DNA of 64,000 bases from an uncultured Rothia sp. (GTDB taxonomy: Bacteria; Actinomycetota; Actinomycetes; Actinomycetales; Micrococcaceae). The position numbers and the translations under genes are program-made. Below are positions 19,466 through 27,988 of this stretch, in pieces. How positions within the stretch are numbered: the stretch's first letter is position 1; each line of letters begins with the position of its first letter. The stretch is taken from NCBI RefSeq assembly GCF_916715725.1, contig NZ_CAKAPD010000001.1, forward strand, positions 175,835-239,834, written 5' to 3'. Under the pieces are notes generated by a model. The model was not told the DNA's origin, ran no database searches, and was given only the letters and a program-made list of their open reading frames with translations.

Positions 19466-20422
19466 ATGAACACCGCAACCATTCCATGGCAACGCAACCC
19501 GCACAAGCCACCGACTACACCAGAAATCACCCGTGCCGCAGAACTACACCCATTCGTGCTGAACTCCCAGATGCTCAACCTGCGAGGAATCGGGCCGAAA
19601 CGCATTCGCAAGCTAGTGGCGGAAGGGTCTCTGCAGCGCATCCAACGAGGAGCCTATATTTATACCCGCGATGCCCAAGCGCTCACCCCCGAAGAACGAC
19701 TCACGGTACGATGCATCGCTGCTCAGACGATGGGTCTTCAAGGGGTCTTCTCCCACACATCAGCCGCGGCGCTATGGGGACTTGATGTGCTCTCTGTTCC
19801 CCAAACGATAAGCGTGTATAGCTGCAGTCATAGCACCTCTGACAAGGGAAGAATCACCCGGCATTACAGTGCCACCGGCCCCGAGGAGGTCACCCGATTA
19901 CCGGGCACATCCATCATGGTTACGACGGTGGCTCGAACGTTGCAGGATTGCGCTCGCAACATGCCCTTTCGGGAGGCAGTAGTTCTCGCTGACTCCATCA
20001 TGCGGCGGGGACTCTTGGAACCCCACGAGGTAACCGAGATTCTGCTGAATCTTACCGGCTACGGCGGTTCCTCCGGGCGCATCCTGGCGCAGGCGGTGGA
20101 TGCATCCAGCGAGTCAGCAGGTGAAAGCCTCACCCGGTGCCTACTCATGGAACACAGGCTACCCTCACCCGTTACGCAATACCCGGTTTCTTGCGAGGGT
20201 CGTAACTACCGGGTGGACTTCGCCTGGCCCGAGGCGCGGGTCATCCTCGAGTTCGACGGTGAACAGAAATACGTGGATTACCCCGGCAGGGACCGGTACG
20301 AGGCTGCTCGCGACCGTGCCCTAGCCCGCGCCGGGTGGACGGTCGTGCATCTAACCTGGGCTGACATTTTTCAGAAAGAACAGGAAGTCATTACCCACCT
20401 GCGGAAACTGCTTTTGAGGTAA
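19466..20422 (+). CDS. DUF559 / AbiEi-antitoxin-like domain protein (endonuclease-like C-terminal domain)
   Basis: The C-terminal …YRVDFAWPEARVILEFDGEQKY… is DUF559-like. The N-terminus resembles AbiEi-type wHTH proteins. The ATG at 19466 is chosen. The longer ORF starting near 19301 begins inside the repeat element. Confidence 0.65.
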   Translation: MNTATIPWQRNPHKPPTTPEITRAAELHPFVLNSQMLNLRGIGPKRIRKLVAEGSLQRIQRGAYIYTRDAQALTPEERLTVRCIAAQTMGLQGVFSHTSAAALWGLDVLSVPQTISVYSCSHSTSDKGRITRHYSATGPEEVTRLPGTSIMVTTVARTLQDCARNMPFREAVVLADSIMRRGLLEPHEVTEILLNLTGYGGSSGRILAQAVDASSESAGESLTRCLLMEHRLPSPVTQYPVSCEGRNYRVDFAWPEARVILEFDGEQKYVDYPGRDRYEAARDRALARAGWTVVHLTWADIFQKEQEVITHLRKLLLR

Positions 20423-20438
20423 AGCAAGGAAACACCTC

Positions 20439-20524
20439 GGTCGATAGGTTAGTGTCTTCCCTGCGGGTTAAAGACCCACGGCGAAGACACTAACCTATCG
20501 AAAAATCACTAACCTATCGAAAAT
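20439..20524. repeat. REP/MITE-like palindromic element, copy 3 (downstream flank of the DUF559 gene; the inner loop is inverted relative to copy 2)
   Basis: ggtcgataggttagtgtcttcc-ctgcgggttaaagacccacgg-cgaagacactaacctatcg plus aaaaatcactaacctatcgaaaatc. Confidence 0.75.
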
Positions 20525-20676
20525 CTGGGCCCGCACAAAAAGACCCGCCCGGCAGGGAGGTCAACATCCTCCCCACCAGGCGGGTACACATCCATATGCA
20601 GGCTTGCAGTGGCCAAACACTACAAGCAGCTAGATACTACAGCGGCCAAGCACCGCAGGCATTACAGTCCCTAAGA

Positions 20677-22038
20677 TTACAGGCCCTCAGCACGCACGAT
20701 CTGAACGTGCAGGTCCTCAGCCGGCGGCATCCACGAAGCCGGATCGGCAGCAACCTGCTCACCCGAACGGATGTCCTTCACCTCGTGAACCGGGGCGCCC
20801 GACTCATCCGAAGAAATGAACCACACGAACGGAATGCCGCGCTTCTCGGCGTACTTAATCTGCTTGCCGAACTTCGCCGCGTTCGCCGACACCTCGCAGG
20901 CGATACCGCGGGCGCGCAGTGCATCCGCAACATCGTTCGCAGCAGACCAGCCCTCATCATTGGTCAGGGCAACGAACACAGCCGAAGGCACCTTACGGCT
21001 CGCCTGCGCAAAGCCCTGCGACAGGATACGAGCCACCACACGGGTCACGCCAATGGACAGGCCCACGCCCGGGTACGTCTTCTTGCCGTTCGAGGCCAGC
21101 GACTCGTAGCGACCACCCGAGCAAATCGAACCCAGCGACTCGTGGCCGACCAGCACGGTCTCGTACACGGTGCCGGTATAGTAGTCCAGACCGCGAGCAA
21201 TCGACAGGTCAGCCAGCACCTTACCCGGCGCACGGCGGGACGCCTCCTCAATGACCTCGGCCAGCTCAGTCAGGCCCTGGTCCAGCAGCTCGTGCTCCAC
21301 CGAATACTTGGCGGCCAGCTCACGCACCTGCTCCACGAAGGATGCATCCTCGGTACGAATCTGGGCCAGCTCCAGGGCGGCCGCGGCAGCCTCCGCGCTC
21401 GCTCCGGCCTCGGACTGAAGCTCCTCGGCCACGCGCTCCGGACCAATCTTCTCCAGCTTGTCGATGGAGCGCAGCACGGCCGCGGTGTCGGTCAGGCCCA
21501 GGCCCAGGTAGAAGCCCTCGGCCAGCTTGCGGTTATTCACACGCAGCTTGAACTCAGGAATCGGCAGCTTCGACAGCGCATCAACAACAACCAGCGCCAA
21601 GGTCACGTCGTAACGGAACGGCAGCTCACCGTCGCCAACCACGTCAATATCAGCCTGAGTGAACTCGCGGGCACGACCCTCCTGCGGACGCTCACCACGC
21701 CACACCTTCTGAATCTGGTAACGCGAGAACGGGAAATTCAGGTAACCGGCGTTCTCCACCACGTAACGGGCAAACGGCACGGTCAGGTCAAAGTGCAGAG
21801 CCAGCTTTTCCTTAGCCTTAGCAGCCTCATCCTCCTGCAGGCGAGAAATTGCGTAAACTTCCTTGTCAATCTCACCCTTGCGCAGCAGCTGCTCAATCGT
21901 CTCTACCGAACGAGTCTCAATCGGGGAGAAACCGTGCAACTCAAAAGTCTCACGCAGAGTGTCCAGAACATGATTCTCAACCAACCGCTCAGCCGGAAGA
22001 TACTCGGGAAAACCAGACAGCGAAGCCTTGCGAGCCAT
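20677..22038 (-). CDS. hisS: histidine--tRNA ligase
   Basis: HisRS motifs (…FELHGFSPIETRS…, GGRYD). The start MARKASLSGFPE is preceded by AAGGAG. Confidence 0.9.
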   Translation of the reverse strand: MARKASLSGFPEYLPAERLVENHVLDTLRETFELHGFSPIETRSVETIEQLLRKGEIDKEVYAISRLQEDEAAKAKEKLALHFDLTVPFARYVVENAGYLNFPFSRYQIQKVWRGERPQEGRAREFTQADIDVVGDGELPFRYDVTLALVVVDALSKLPIPEFKLRVNNRKLAEGFYLGLGLTDTAAVLRSIDKLEKIGPERVAEELQSEAGASAEAAAAALELAQIRTEDASFVEQVRELAAKYSVEHELLDQGLTELAEVIEEASRRAPGKVLADLSIARGLDYYTGTVYETVLVGHESLGSICSGGRYESLASNGKKTYPGVGLSIGVTRVVARILSQGFAQASRKVPSAVFVALTNDEGWSAANDVADALRARGIACEVSANAAKFGKQIKYAEKRGIPFVWFISSDESGAPVHEVKDIRSGEQVAADPASWMPPAEDLHVQIVRAEGL

Positions 22039-22340
22039 ACGCGATACTCCTTGACAAAGAACTCGACAACAAAACCCCGGAACACCTCCGGGCATATCTA
22101 CCCATCATACCAACACCCACCCCGGCACAGCACCCACTCCCCCACCTCACCCGGCACAAACCCCCACAAACCCGCGGACTGCAGGTTCGCCCACAACACA
22201 ACACGACCAGACACTACTCACACACACCCCACAGAGGCTATGCTTAGGAGGTGCACACGCACACCCAAACGGGTGCCCACCACGGGGAACAGCGCAAAGG
22301 CGCCCCACCCCCAGCACCCCCGAGTGAAAGAGTTATAGCG

Positions 22341-23609
22341 GTGACTACCAAACCCGACGACACTGTAAACCTCGAAAAGGCACGCCAGTACGGCCGCGTC
22401 TCCGAGGACGGCCACGTCTTCGTCATTGTCGACGGCGAAGAATACGCCGTAGGCCAGCTGCCCGGCGCCTCCGAAGAAGAAGCGCTCAGCTACTTCGCCC
22501 GCAAGTTTGAAAACGTCGAGGCGCAGGTTGCCCTGCTCGAATCCCGCCTCGCCAACAACGCCCCCGCCGCAGACCTGCAGAAGGGCATCACCTCCATCGG
22601 TGCACAGATCGGTGTGCGCAACATGGTCGGTGACTACTCCGGCCTGCAGAAGCGCCTCATCGCACTGGCAGAGCAGATCGCTGAACTCGGCGAAAAGCAG
22701 CAGCAGGCACGCACCGAAAACCGTGAACGCGCCCTCGCCGTCCGTGAAGAAATCGTCGCGGAAGCCGAGCAGATTGCCGGCCAGGACCCCGACCAGATCC
22801 ACTGGAAGAACTCCCACTCCCGTATGAACGAACTGTTCGAAGCGTGGAAGAAGGCACAGCGCGAAATTCACCTGGCAAAGAGCGTAGAGGACGAGCTGTG
22901 GAAGCGTTTCCGTGCAGCCCGCACCACCTTCGACCGCAACCGCCGCGCACACTTCTCGCAGCTCGACGACCGCAACGCACGCATCAAGCGCGCCAAGGAA
23001 GAGCTGATTGCACGCGCCGAAGAGCTGTCGACCTCCACTGACTGGTCTGAGACTTCCCGCGTATACGGCGACCTGATGCGCGCCTGGAAGCAGGTACCCC
23101 GCGGCCACCGTCGCGAAGACGACAAGCTGTGGGCACGCTTCCGCGCGGCACAGGACGTGTTCTTCAACGCCCGCAACGAAGCCGAAGCAGCGCAGGACGC
23201 AGTCTACGCCGAAAACCTCAAGGTCAAGGAAGCACTGCTCGAAGAAGCACGCGCACTCCTGCCCGTCGAAGACATTGAGAGCGCAAAGGCAGCCTTCGAG
23301 AAGATCCTGGACCGCTGGGATGCGGCAGGCCGCGTACCCCGCAACGACCTGCGCCGCGTCGACGGCGAACTGCGCCGTATTCAGGACGAAATCAACGGCG
23401 CCGAAGAGGCAAAGTGGAAGCGCAACGACCCCGCCAAGGCGGCACGCGCGAACTCCCTGCTCGCACAGATCGAGGACTCCCTCGCCGAACTGGAAGCAGA
23501 GCTCGCAGCAGCTGAAAAGGGCGGCGACTCCAAGAAGATCGCCAAGGCAAAGGAAGCTCTGGAGGCGCGCCGCGCCTGGGCAGCAACCCTGCAGGGCTTC
23601 GGCAACTAG
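22341..23609 (+). CDS. DUF349 domain-containing protein
   Basis: Repeated coiled-coil DUF349 units (…WKxAxR…). I chose the GTG at 22341, which has a GAAAGAG SD. The upstream GTG at 22251 abuts its SD with no spacer. Confidence 0.7.
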   Translation: MTTKPDDTVNLEKARQYGRVSEDGHVFVIVDGEEYAVGQLPGASEEEALSYFARKFENVEAQVALLESRLANNAPAADLQKGITSIGAQIGVRNMVGDYSGLQKRLIALAEQIAELGEKQQQARTENRERALAVREEIVAEAEQIAGQDPDQIHWKNSHSRMNELFEAWKKAQREIHLAKSVEDELWKRFRAARTTFDRNRRAHFSQLDDRNARIKRAKEELIARAEELSTSTDWSETSRVYGDLMRAWKQVPRGHRREDDKLWARFRAAQDVFFNARNEAEAAQDAVYAENLKVKEALLEEARALLPVEDIESAKAAFEKILDRWDAAGRVPRNDLRRVDGELRRIQDEINGAEEAKWKRNDPAKAARANSLLAQIEDSLAELEAELAAAEKGGDSKKIAKAKEALEARRAWAATLQGFGN

Positions 23610-23647
23610 GGTCTAGCCGACGGTCTAAATAACGGTCTAATTAACGC

Positions 23648-23716
23648 CGAGAAGCCACATGTGTTTCGAAAAGCCACTTCTTTGGTGGCTTCTCGAAACA
23701 CATGTGGCTTCTGCAT
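23648..23716. repeat. 65-bp near-perfect palindrome H1 (agaagccacatgtgtttcgaaaagccac-ttctttg-gtggcttctcgaaacacatgtggcttct)
   Basis: 28-bp stem with one mismatch. An inverted copy lies at 25130-25200. Confidence 0.8.
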
Positions 23717-23775
23717 GTCTGCGGGGGTTATATTCGCGCCCGCGGTGGCGCAGATTCCACGACCGGTCAACAGAT

Positions 23776-23800
23776 TGCTTGATAGGTTAGCATCTTGGCT
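23776..23800. repeat. partial copy of the REP/MITE arm (tgataggttagcatcttgg)
   Basis: Shares gataggttag with the arm of the dispersed element. Confidence 0.4.
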
Positions 23801-23984
23801 ACGAGCTAAAACCTCTCCTAAGTCAATACATTATGACTGAAGTTATAACTCATGAACCAATTTTCTACATAGATTGGCGCCTGCATTTATTTCATAGAAC
23901 CTATAATCACATTTAATCACTACAATCCAAGTGTAGCAAAAGACCTTTTCACTTAATACGGCAGCACACCCCTGAGGTTAAATA

Positions 23985-24881
23985 CTATCTAGTGAGTGCT
24001 ATTCCATATAAGAAGTTCAGAAAAAGAGCAGTTGCGGTGACGAGTAAGTACATGCAAAAAACTTGAATACTAGATTTGATGATTATCTTTTGAGTATTTT
24101 TATGGTTCCCCTCTTCAGCGTCATCTACCATATATTTTACAAAATCGAGATATACCAGATATGAGCTCGCTCCGAGAATGGCACCAACCACCGGAATCGC
24201 TGTTGTAAGAACCCCAAAGGGTTCTCCTTGAATCAAGGCAATCGTGAAGCCAATAAACAACCCGATAGTCGTTCCCCTACCAGCATAATCAATAAATTCA
24301 CGTATTAACGGAGTGAAGTACCCGACCTGCCACCTCGCTTTTATCCAGGAGCACTTCTCTAAGAAGCCCATTCCTTTAATAAGGTGCAGAGCGTCATCAA
24401 TGCTAATCTCACTGGCATTTTCCCAAACTTCAATTGTAGAATAGAATTCTTTCAGAGATACATAAACCTCCTGGAATGAATCATTTTTGGGAGATAAGTT
24501 AGTCATTTTCTTCAGCTGATTCAGTGAATTCATGCATCGATTCCGAGCAGCAGCACTTGAGTTATCTTCAGCTTTTTTAATGAAATACTGAACCTTATCA
24601 ATAAAGTCATTTTCTAAATCTTTCCTGGGAAACAGATTAAATGGGTGACGTAATTGATAAGCGAAATTCTTAAGTTCCTTCTTTCCAAATCGCTTCCAGT
24701 ATTCAGTCCTAGTTTCCTTACCTATCCCAAAATAACTCAGAACATTTAAAATGATCTCTCGCCTTGCAGCAGAGTACCAGTAATATCCAGTTGCTTCAAG
24801 GACAATATCAAAAATAGTCCAGGCAATTGATAAAACCAGGCAAAGAGCTGTAACTGCTACGACCGTACCAAAACTATACAA
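23985..24881 (-). CDS. orphan low-GC membrane protein (N-terminal TM, roughly 180-aa soluble domain, 2-3 C-terminal TM helices) with a TTG start
   Basis: 298-aa ORF in a roughly 35% GC segment. A TTG start at 24881 is preceded by AAGGGA with a 6-nt spacer. No recognisable family. Confidence 0.6.
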   Translation of the reverse strand: MYSFGTVVAVTALCLVLSIAWTIFDIVLEATGYYWYSAARREIILNVLSYFGIGKETRTEYWKRFGKKELKNFAYQLRHPFNLFPRKDLENDFIDKVQYFIKKAEDNSSAAARNRCMNSLNQLKKMTNLSPKNDSFQEVYVSLKEFYSTIEVWENASEISIDDALHLIKGMGFLEKCSWIKARWQVGYFTPLIREFIDYAGRGTTIGLFIGFTIALIQGEPFGVLTTAIPVVGAILGASSYLVYLDFVKYMVDDAEEGNHKNTQKIIIKSSIQVFCMYLLVTATALFLNFLYGIALTR

Positions 24882-25005
24882 AATTATTCCCTTCTTTTGA
24901 AATTGTAAGAGTACAAAAAACTGCCAATGCTACTACGTACTCTATAACCAAAGGTACGGGGCACCCCTGACAAGATAAGGGGCTACACCTGCAGAATTTG
25001 TGCCA

Positions 25006-25068
25006 TGGTTTAGTGTCTTTGACCATAGTTTTTAACTACGACAGAAGTCACTAACCTATGGTCGAAAT
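25006..25068. repeat. degenerate REP/MITE-like copy 4 (ggtttagtgtcttt … agtcactaacctatggtcgaaa)
   Basis: Variant arms ctaacctatgg/ccataggttag-like lie inside the low-GC island. Confidence 0.5.
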
Positions 25069-25129
25069 CGGCGCCAGGCAGAGGGACCGACCAGCAGAGT
25101 AAATCCGTGCCGATACCGCCCCCATAGAC

Positions 25130-25200
25130 AGCGAGAAGCCACATGTGTTTCGAGAAGCCACCAAAGAAGTGGCTTTTCGAAACACATGTGGCTTCTCGGC
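25130..25200. repeat. 65-bp palindrome H2, the reverse complement of H1 (loop caaagaa)
   Basis: agaagccacatgtgtttcgagaagccac-caaagaa-gtggcttttcgaaacacatgtggcttct lies immediately 3' of rel. Confidence 0.8.
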
Positions 25201-25212
25201 GTAGAAAAGTAT

Positions 25213-27690
25213 TTACGCCTCCGAGGGCTTCGCGCCGGTCAGGCGGTACGCCTTGTACACGCCCGTCACGTTACGGACCACGTTCAGCACGTGCTCCAGC
25301 ATGAAGCGGTCACCCAGCTCCAGGGCGAAACGGTCCACCACGGTACGATCCTCCGAAGTGTGAACGCGCGCATCCAGGATGTTCACGCCCGACTCAGAAA
25401 TCGCGCGAATCAGGTCGCTCAGCAGGCCCTTACGGTCCAGCGCCTCCACCTGAATCTGCACACGGTACGTAGCGGTCGGCGAAGACGCCCACTCAACCGT
25501 CGTCACGCGCGGCTCCTCGTCAGCGTTACGCATGTTCGGGCAGTCGCGACGGTGCACCGAAATGCCGTTGTAGCGGGTCACAATGCCGATAATGTCATCC
25601 GGCGGGACCGGGGTGCAGCAGCGCGCAATCTTCGTCAGCACACCCTCAGCACCCGGCACAATCACGCCGTTATCGCCAATCGCCTTGCGGGTCGACTTCA
25701 GCAGTGTCTCGTCAAAGTCGCTGACCTCAACCTCGGGTGCCGGCTCGTCGCCGCGGTGCACCTCAACGAGGGTGTCAATGACCTGCTTCGGCGCGATCTC
25801 GTGCTCACCAATCGCACGGTACAGCGACGCCACATCGTTCTTGTGCAACAGCTGAGCCACCTGAGTCATAATCTCCGGGCTCATCATCTTCTGCAGCGGC
25901 AACTCACTGTTACGCATGCTCTTGGTGAGCATCTCGCGGCCGGCGAGCAGCGCCTCCAGGCGGCGTTCCTTCGCGAAGTACTGGCGGATCTTCGTGCGAG
26001 CGCGTGAGGAGCGAACGAACTTCAGCCAGTCCTCGCTGGGGCCGGCGTCTTCGTTCTTCGTGGTCATGATCTCCACGGTGGCGCCGGTGGGCAGGACCGT
26101 GTGCAGCGGTACCAGGCGACCGTTGACCTTCGCGCCGACGGTGCGGTCGCCGACCTCACTGTGGATGGCGTAGGCGAAGTCCACGGGGGTGGAGCCGTTG
26201 GGCAGGGCAATTGCCTCGCCGTTGGGGGTGAGTACGACAATTTCGTCGGTGTCGAGGGTGTCGGCGAGCGACTCGTAGAACTTCTCCGATTCCGGGTTGG
26301 AGTTCGAAATCTCGGCGATGGACTGCAGGATGCCGACGTTCATCATTGCCGAGGTCTGGGTGCCCGGTTCCTTCGGGTCCTTTGCGGGCGCGCCGCCACG
26401 AGCCGCGACCTTCTCCCCGCGTGACGCCGCCTTGTAGCGCCAGTGCGCCGCCACACCGTACTCGGCCTCTTCGTGCATCTTGTAGGTGCGGATCTGAATC
26501 TCAAGCGGCAGGTTACCGGGGCCGTACACAGTCAGGTGCAGCGACTGGTAGTTGTTGTTCTTCGGGTTCTTAATGTAGTCCTTGAAACGGCCGGTCATCG
26601 ACGGCCACAGGGACAGCACGTGGCCGAGCACGGTGTAGCACTCCGCCTCTTCCTCAACCATGATGCGCACGGCGAGGATGTCGTTAATCTCGTCGAAGCT
26701 GCGGCCCTTCGTCTTCATCTTCTGATGAATCGAGTAGTAGTGCTTGGGGCGGCCCGTCACGGTCGCGTCGATGCCCACTTCTTTCAGGCGGTCCGTAATC
26801 TTGGTGCGCGCCTCGTTCAGGAACTTTTCGAGCGCGGGGGTGCGTTCGCCGACCATGCGCACCATCTCGGCGTAAATCTCCGGGCTCATGGCGGCGAAGG
26901 ACAGGTCCTCCAGCTCCCACTTGATCGTGTTCAGGCCCAGGCGGTGCGCGAGCGGCGCGTAAATCTTCAGGGTCTCTTCTGCCTTCTTCGCGGCGGAAGC
27001 CTGCGGCACGAAACGCCAGGTGCGGGCGTTGTGCAGGCGGTCGGCAAGCTTGATGAGCAGCACGCGGATGTCCTTGCTCATGGACAGCACGAGCTTGCGG
27101 ATTGTCTCAATGGAGGCGTTCTCGCCGTAGGTCATCTTGTCCAGCTTGGTCACGCCGTCGACCAGGTAGGCGACCTCCTCACCGAACTCTTCGGTGAGCT
27201 GCTCCATCGTGTAGTCGGTGTCTTCCACCGTGTCATGCAGCAGGCCGGCGGCGAGCACGGGACCGGTCGCGCCCATCTCCGCAAGAATCGCGGTCACAGC
27301 GACCGGGTGGGTGATGTACGGGTCGCCACTCTTACGCTTCTGACCCTCGTGGCAGCGGTTCGCCACCTCGTAGGCGCGCTGCAGCACCTGAATGTCCTCA
27401 TCCGGGTGGTAGCGGCGCACCGCACGCACGACCGGCGCAATCATCGGGGAGAAACGGATGGTACCGCCGTGCGAGTCGGAGGCTTCCATCTTGCTGCTGC
27501 GGCTACCAAAGACCAGGCGGTTCGGCACACGTCCGCCAGCAGCCATGACGCGGTGCGAGCCGCGTTTCTTCTTTGCGTCAGACGAATCAGTTTCAGGCAG
27601 AGGAATCGGGCCAGCGGGCCGAACCGCGGGCTTCTCGGCGGTCCCTGCGGGATTCTCAGCGTTAGCGTTCACGGCAGGTTCTGCACTCAT
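25213..27690 (-). CDS. relA: bifunctional (p)ppGpp synthetase/hydrolase Rel (RelA/SpoT family)
   Basis: HD hydrolase, synthetase (…YQSLHLTVYGP…), TGS and ACT regions. I chose the ATG at 27690, which has a GGAGC SD. Confidence 0.9.
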   Translation of the reverse strand: MSAEPAVNANAENPAGTAEKPAVRPAGPIPLPETDSSDAKKKRGSHRVMAAGGRVPNRLVFGSRSSKMEASDSHGGTIRFSPMIAPVVRAVRRYHPDEDIQVLQRAYEVANRCHEGQKRKSGDPYITHPVAVTAILAEMGATGPVLAAGLLHDTVEDTDYTMEQLTEEFGEEVAYLVDGVTKLDKMTYGENASIETIRKLVLSMSKDIRVLLIKLADRLHNARTWRFVPQASAAKKAEETLKIYAPLAHRLGLNTIKWELEDLSFAAMSPEIYAEMVRMVGERTPALEKFLNEARTKITDRLKEVGIDATVTGRPKHYYSIHQKMKTKGRSFDEINDILAVRIMVEEEAECYTVLGHVLSLWPSMTGRFKDYIKNPKNNNYQSLHLTVYGPGNLPLEIQIRTYKMHEEAEYGVAAHWRYKAASRGEKVAARGGAPAKDPKEPGTQTSAMMNVGILQSIAEISNSNPESEKFYESLADTLDTDEIVVLTPNGEAIALPNGSTPVDFAYAIHSEVGDRTVGAKVNGRLVPLHTVLPTGATVEIMTTKNEDAGPSEDWLKFVRSSRARTKIRQYFAKERRLEALLAGREMLTKSMRNSELPLQKMMSPEIMTQVAQLLHKNDVASLYRAIGEHEIAPKQVIDTLVEVHRGDEPAPEVEVSDFDETLLKSTRKAIGDNGVIVPGAEGVLTKIARCCTPVPPDDIIGIVTRYNGISVHRRDCPNMRNADEEPRVTTVEWASSPTATYRVQIQVEALDRKGLLSDLIRAISESGVNILDARVHTSEDRTVVDRFALELGDRFMLEHVLNVVRNVTGVYKAYRLTGAKPSEA

Positions 27691-27988
27691 TCCAGGCTCC
27701 TTTGGGCTCGAGATAATCAGCCGCACACTCAGGTTCCTCATCATTGAGGGCTATACCGGCCAAACCAGCCATCAGCAGGCTCAAACGCGAGCGCACAGTA
27801 TCTTCACTTCTTATCCTACCCAGCGGCCTGGAAGGCGCCAAACTATGCGACGTTTTAACACGCCAAAGCGCGTTGTGTGGGAAATATTCGGGCACGCTAA
27901 AGGTTCAGGCACGCTAAAGGGGAGCCAACACCTCTCGGTATCGACTCCCCTATCGTTAGCAACGCCAGTAGCGCTAGCGGAACACAGC

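Noticed and set aside
20596-22338. 580-aa plus-strand ORF antisense to hisS
   Set aside because: It is a shadow ORF. hisS on the opposite strand has clear class II motifs and an AAGGAG SD.
22251-22340. Longer GTG start for the DUF349 gene at 22251
   Set aside because: The AGGAGG sequence abuts the GTG with zero spacing. The GTG at 22341 has a properly spaced SD and matches typical DUF349 N-termini.
23648-25200. H1/H2 palindromes as CRISPR-like or simple intrinsic terminators
   Set aside because: There are only two copies, in inverted orientation, with no spacer array. Neither has a flanking U-tract on either strand, so they fit a REP-like palindrome better than a CRISPR repeat or canonical terminator.
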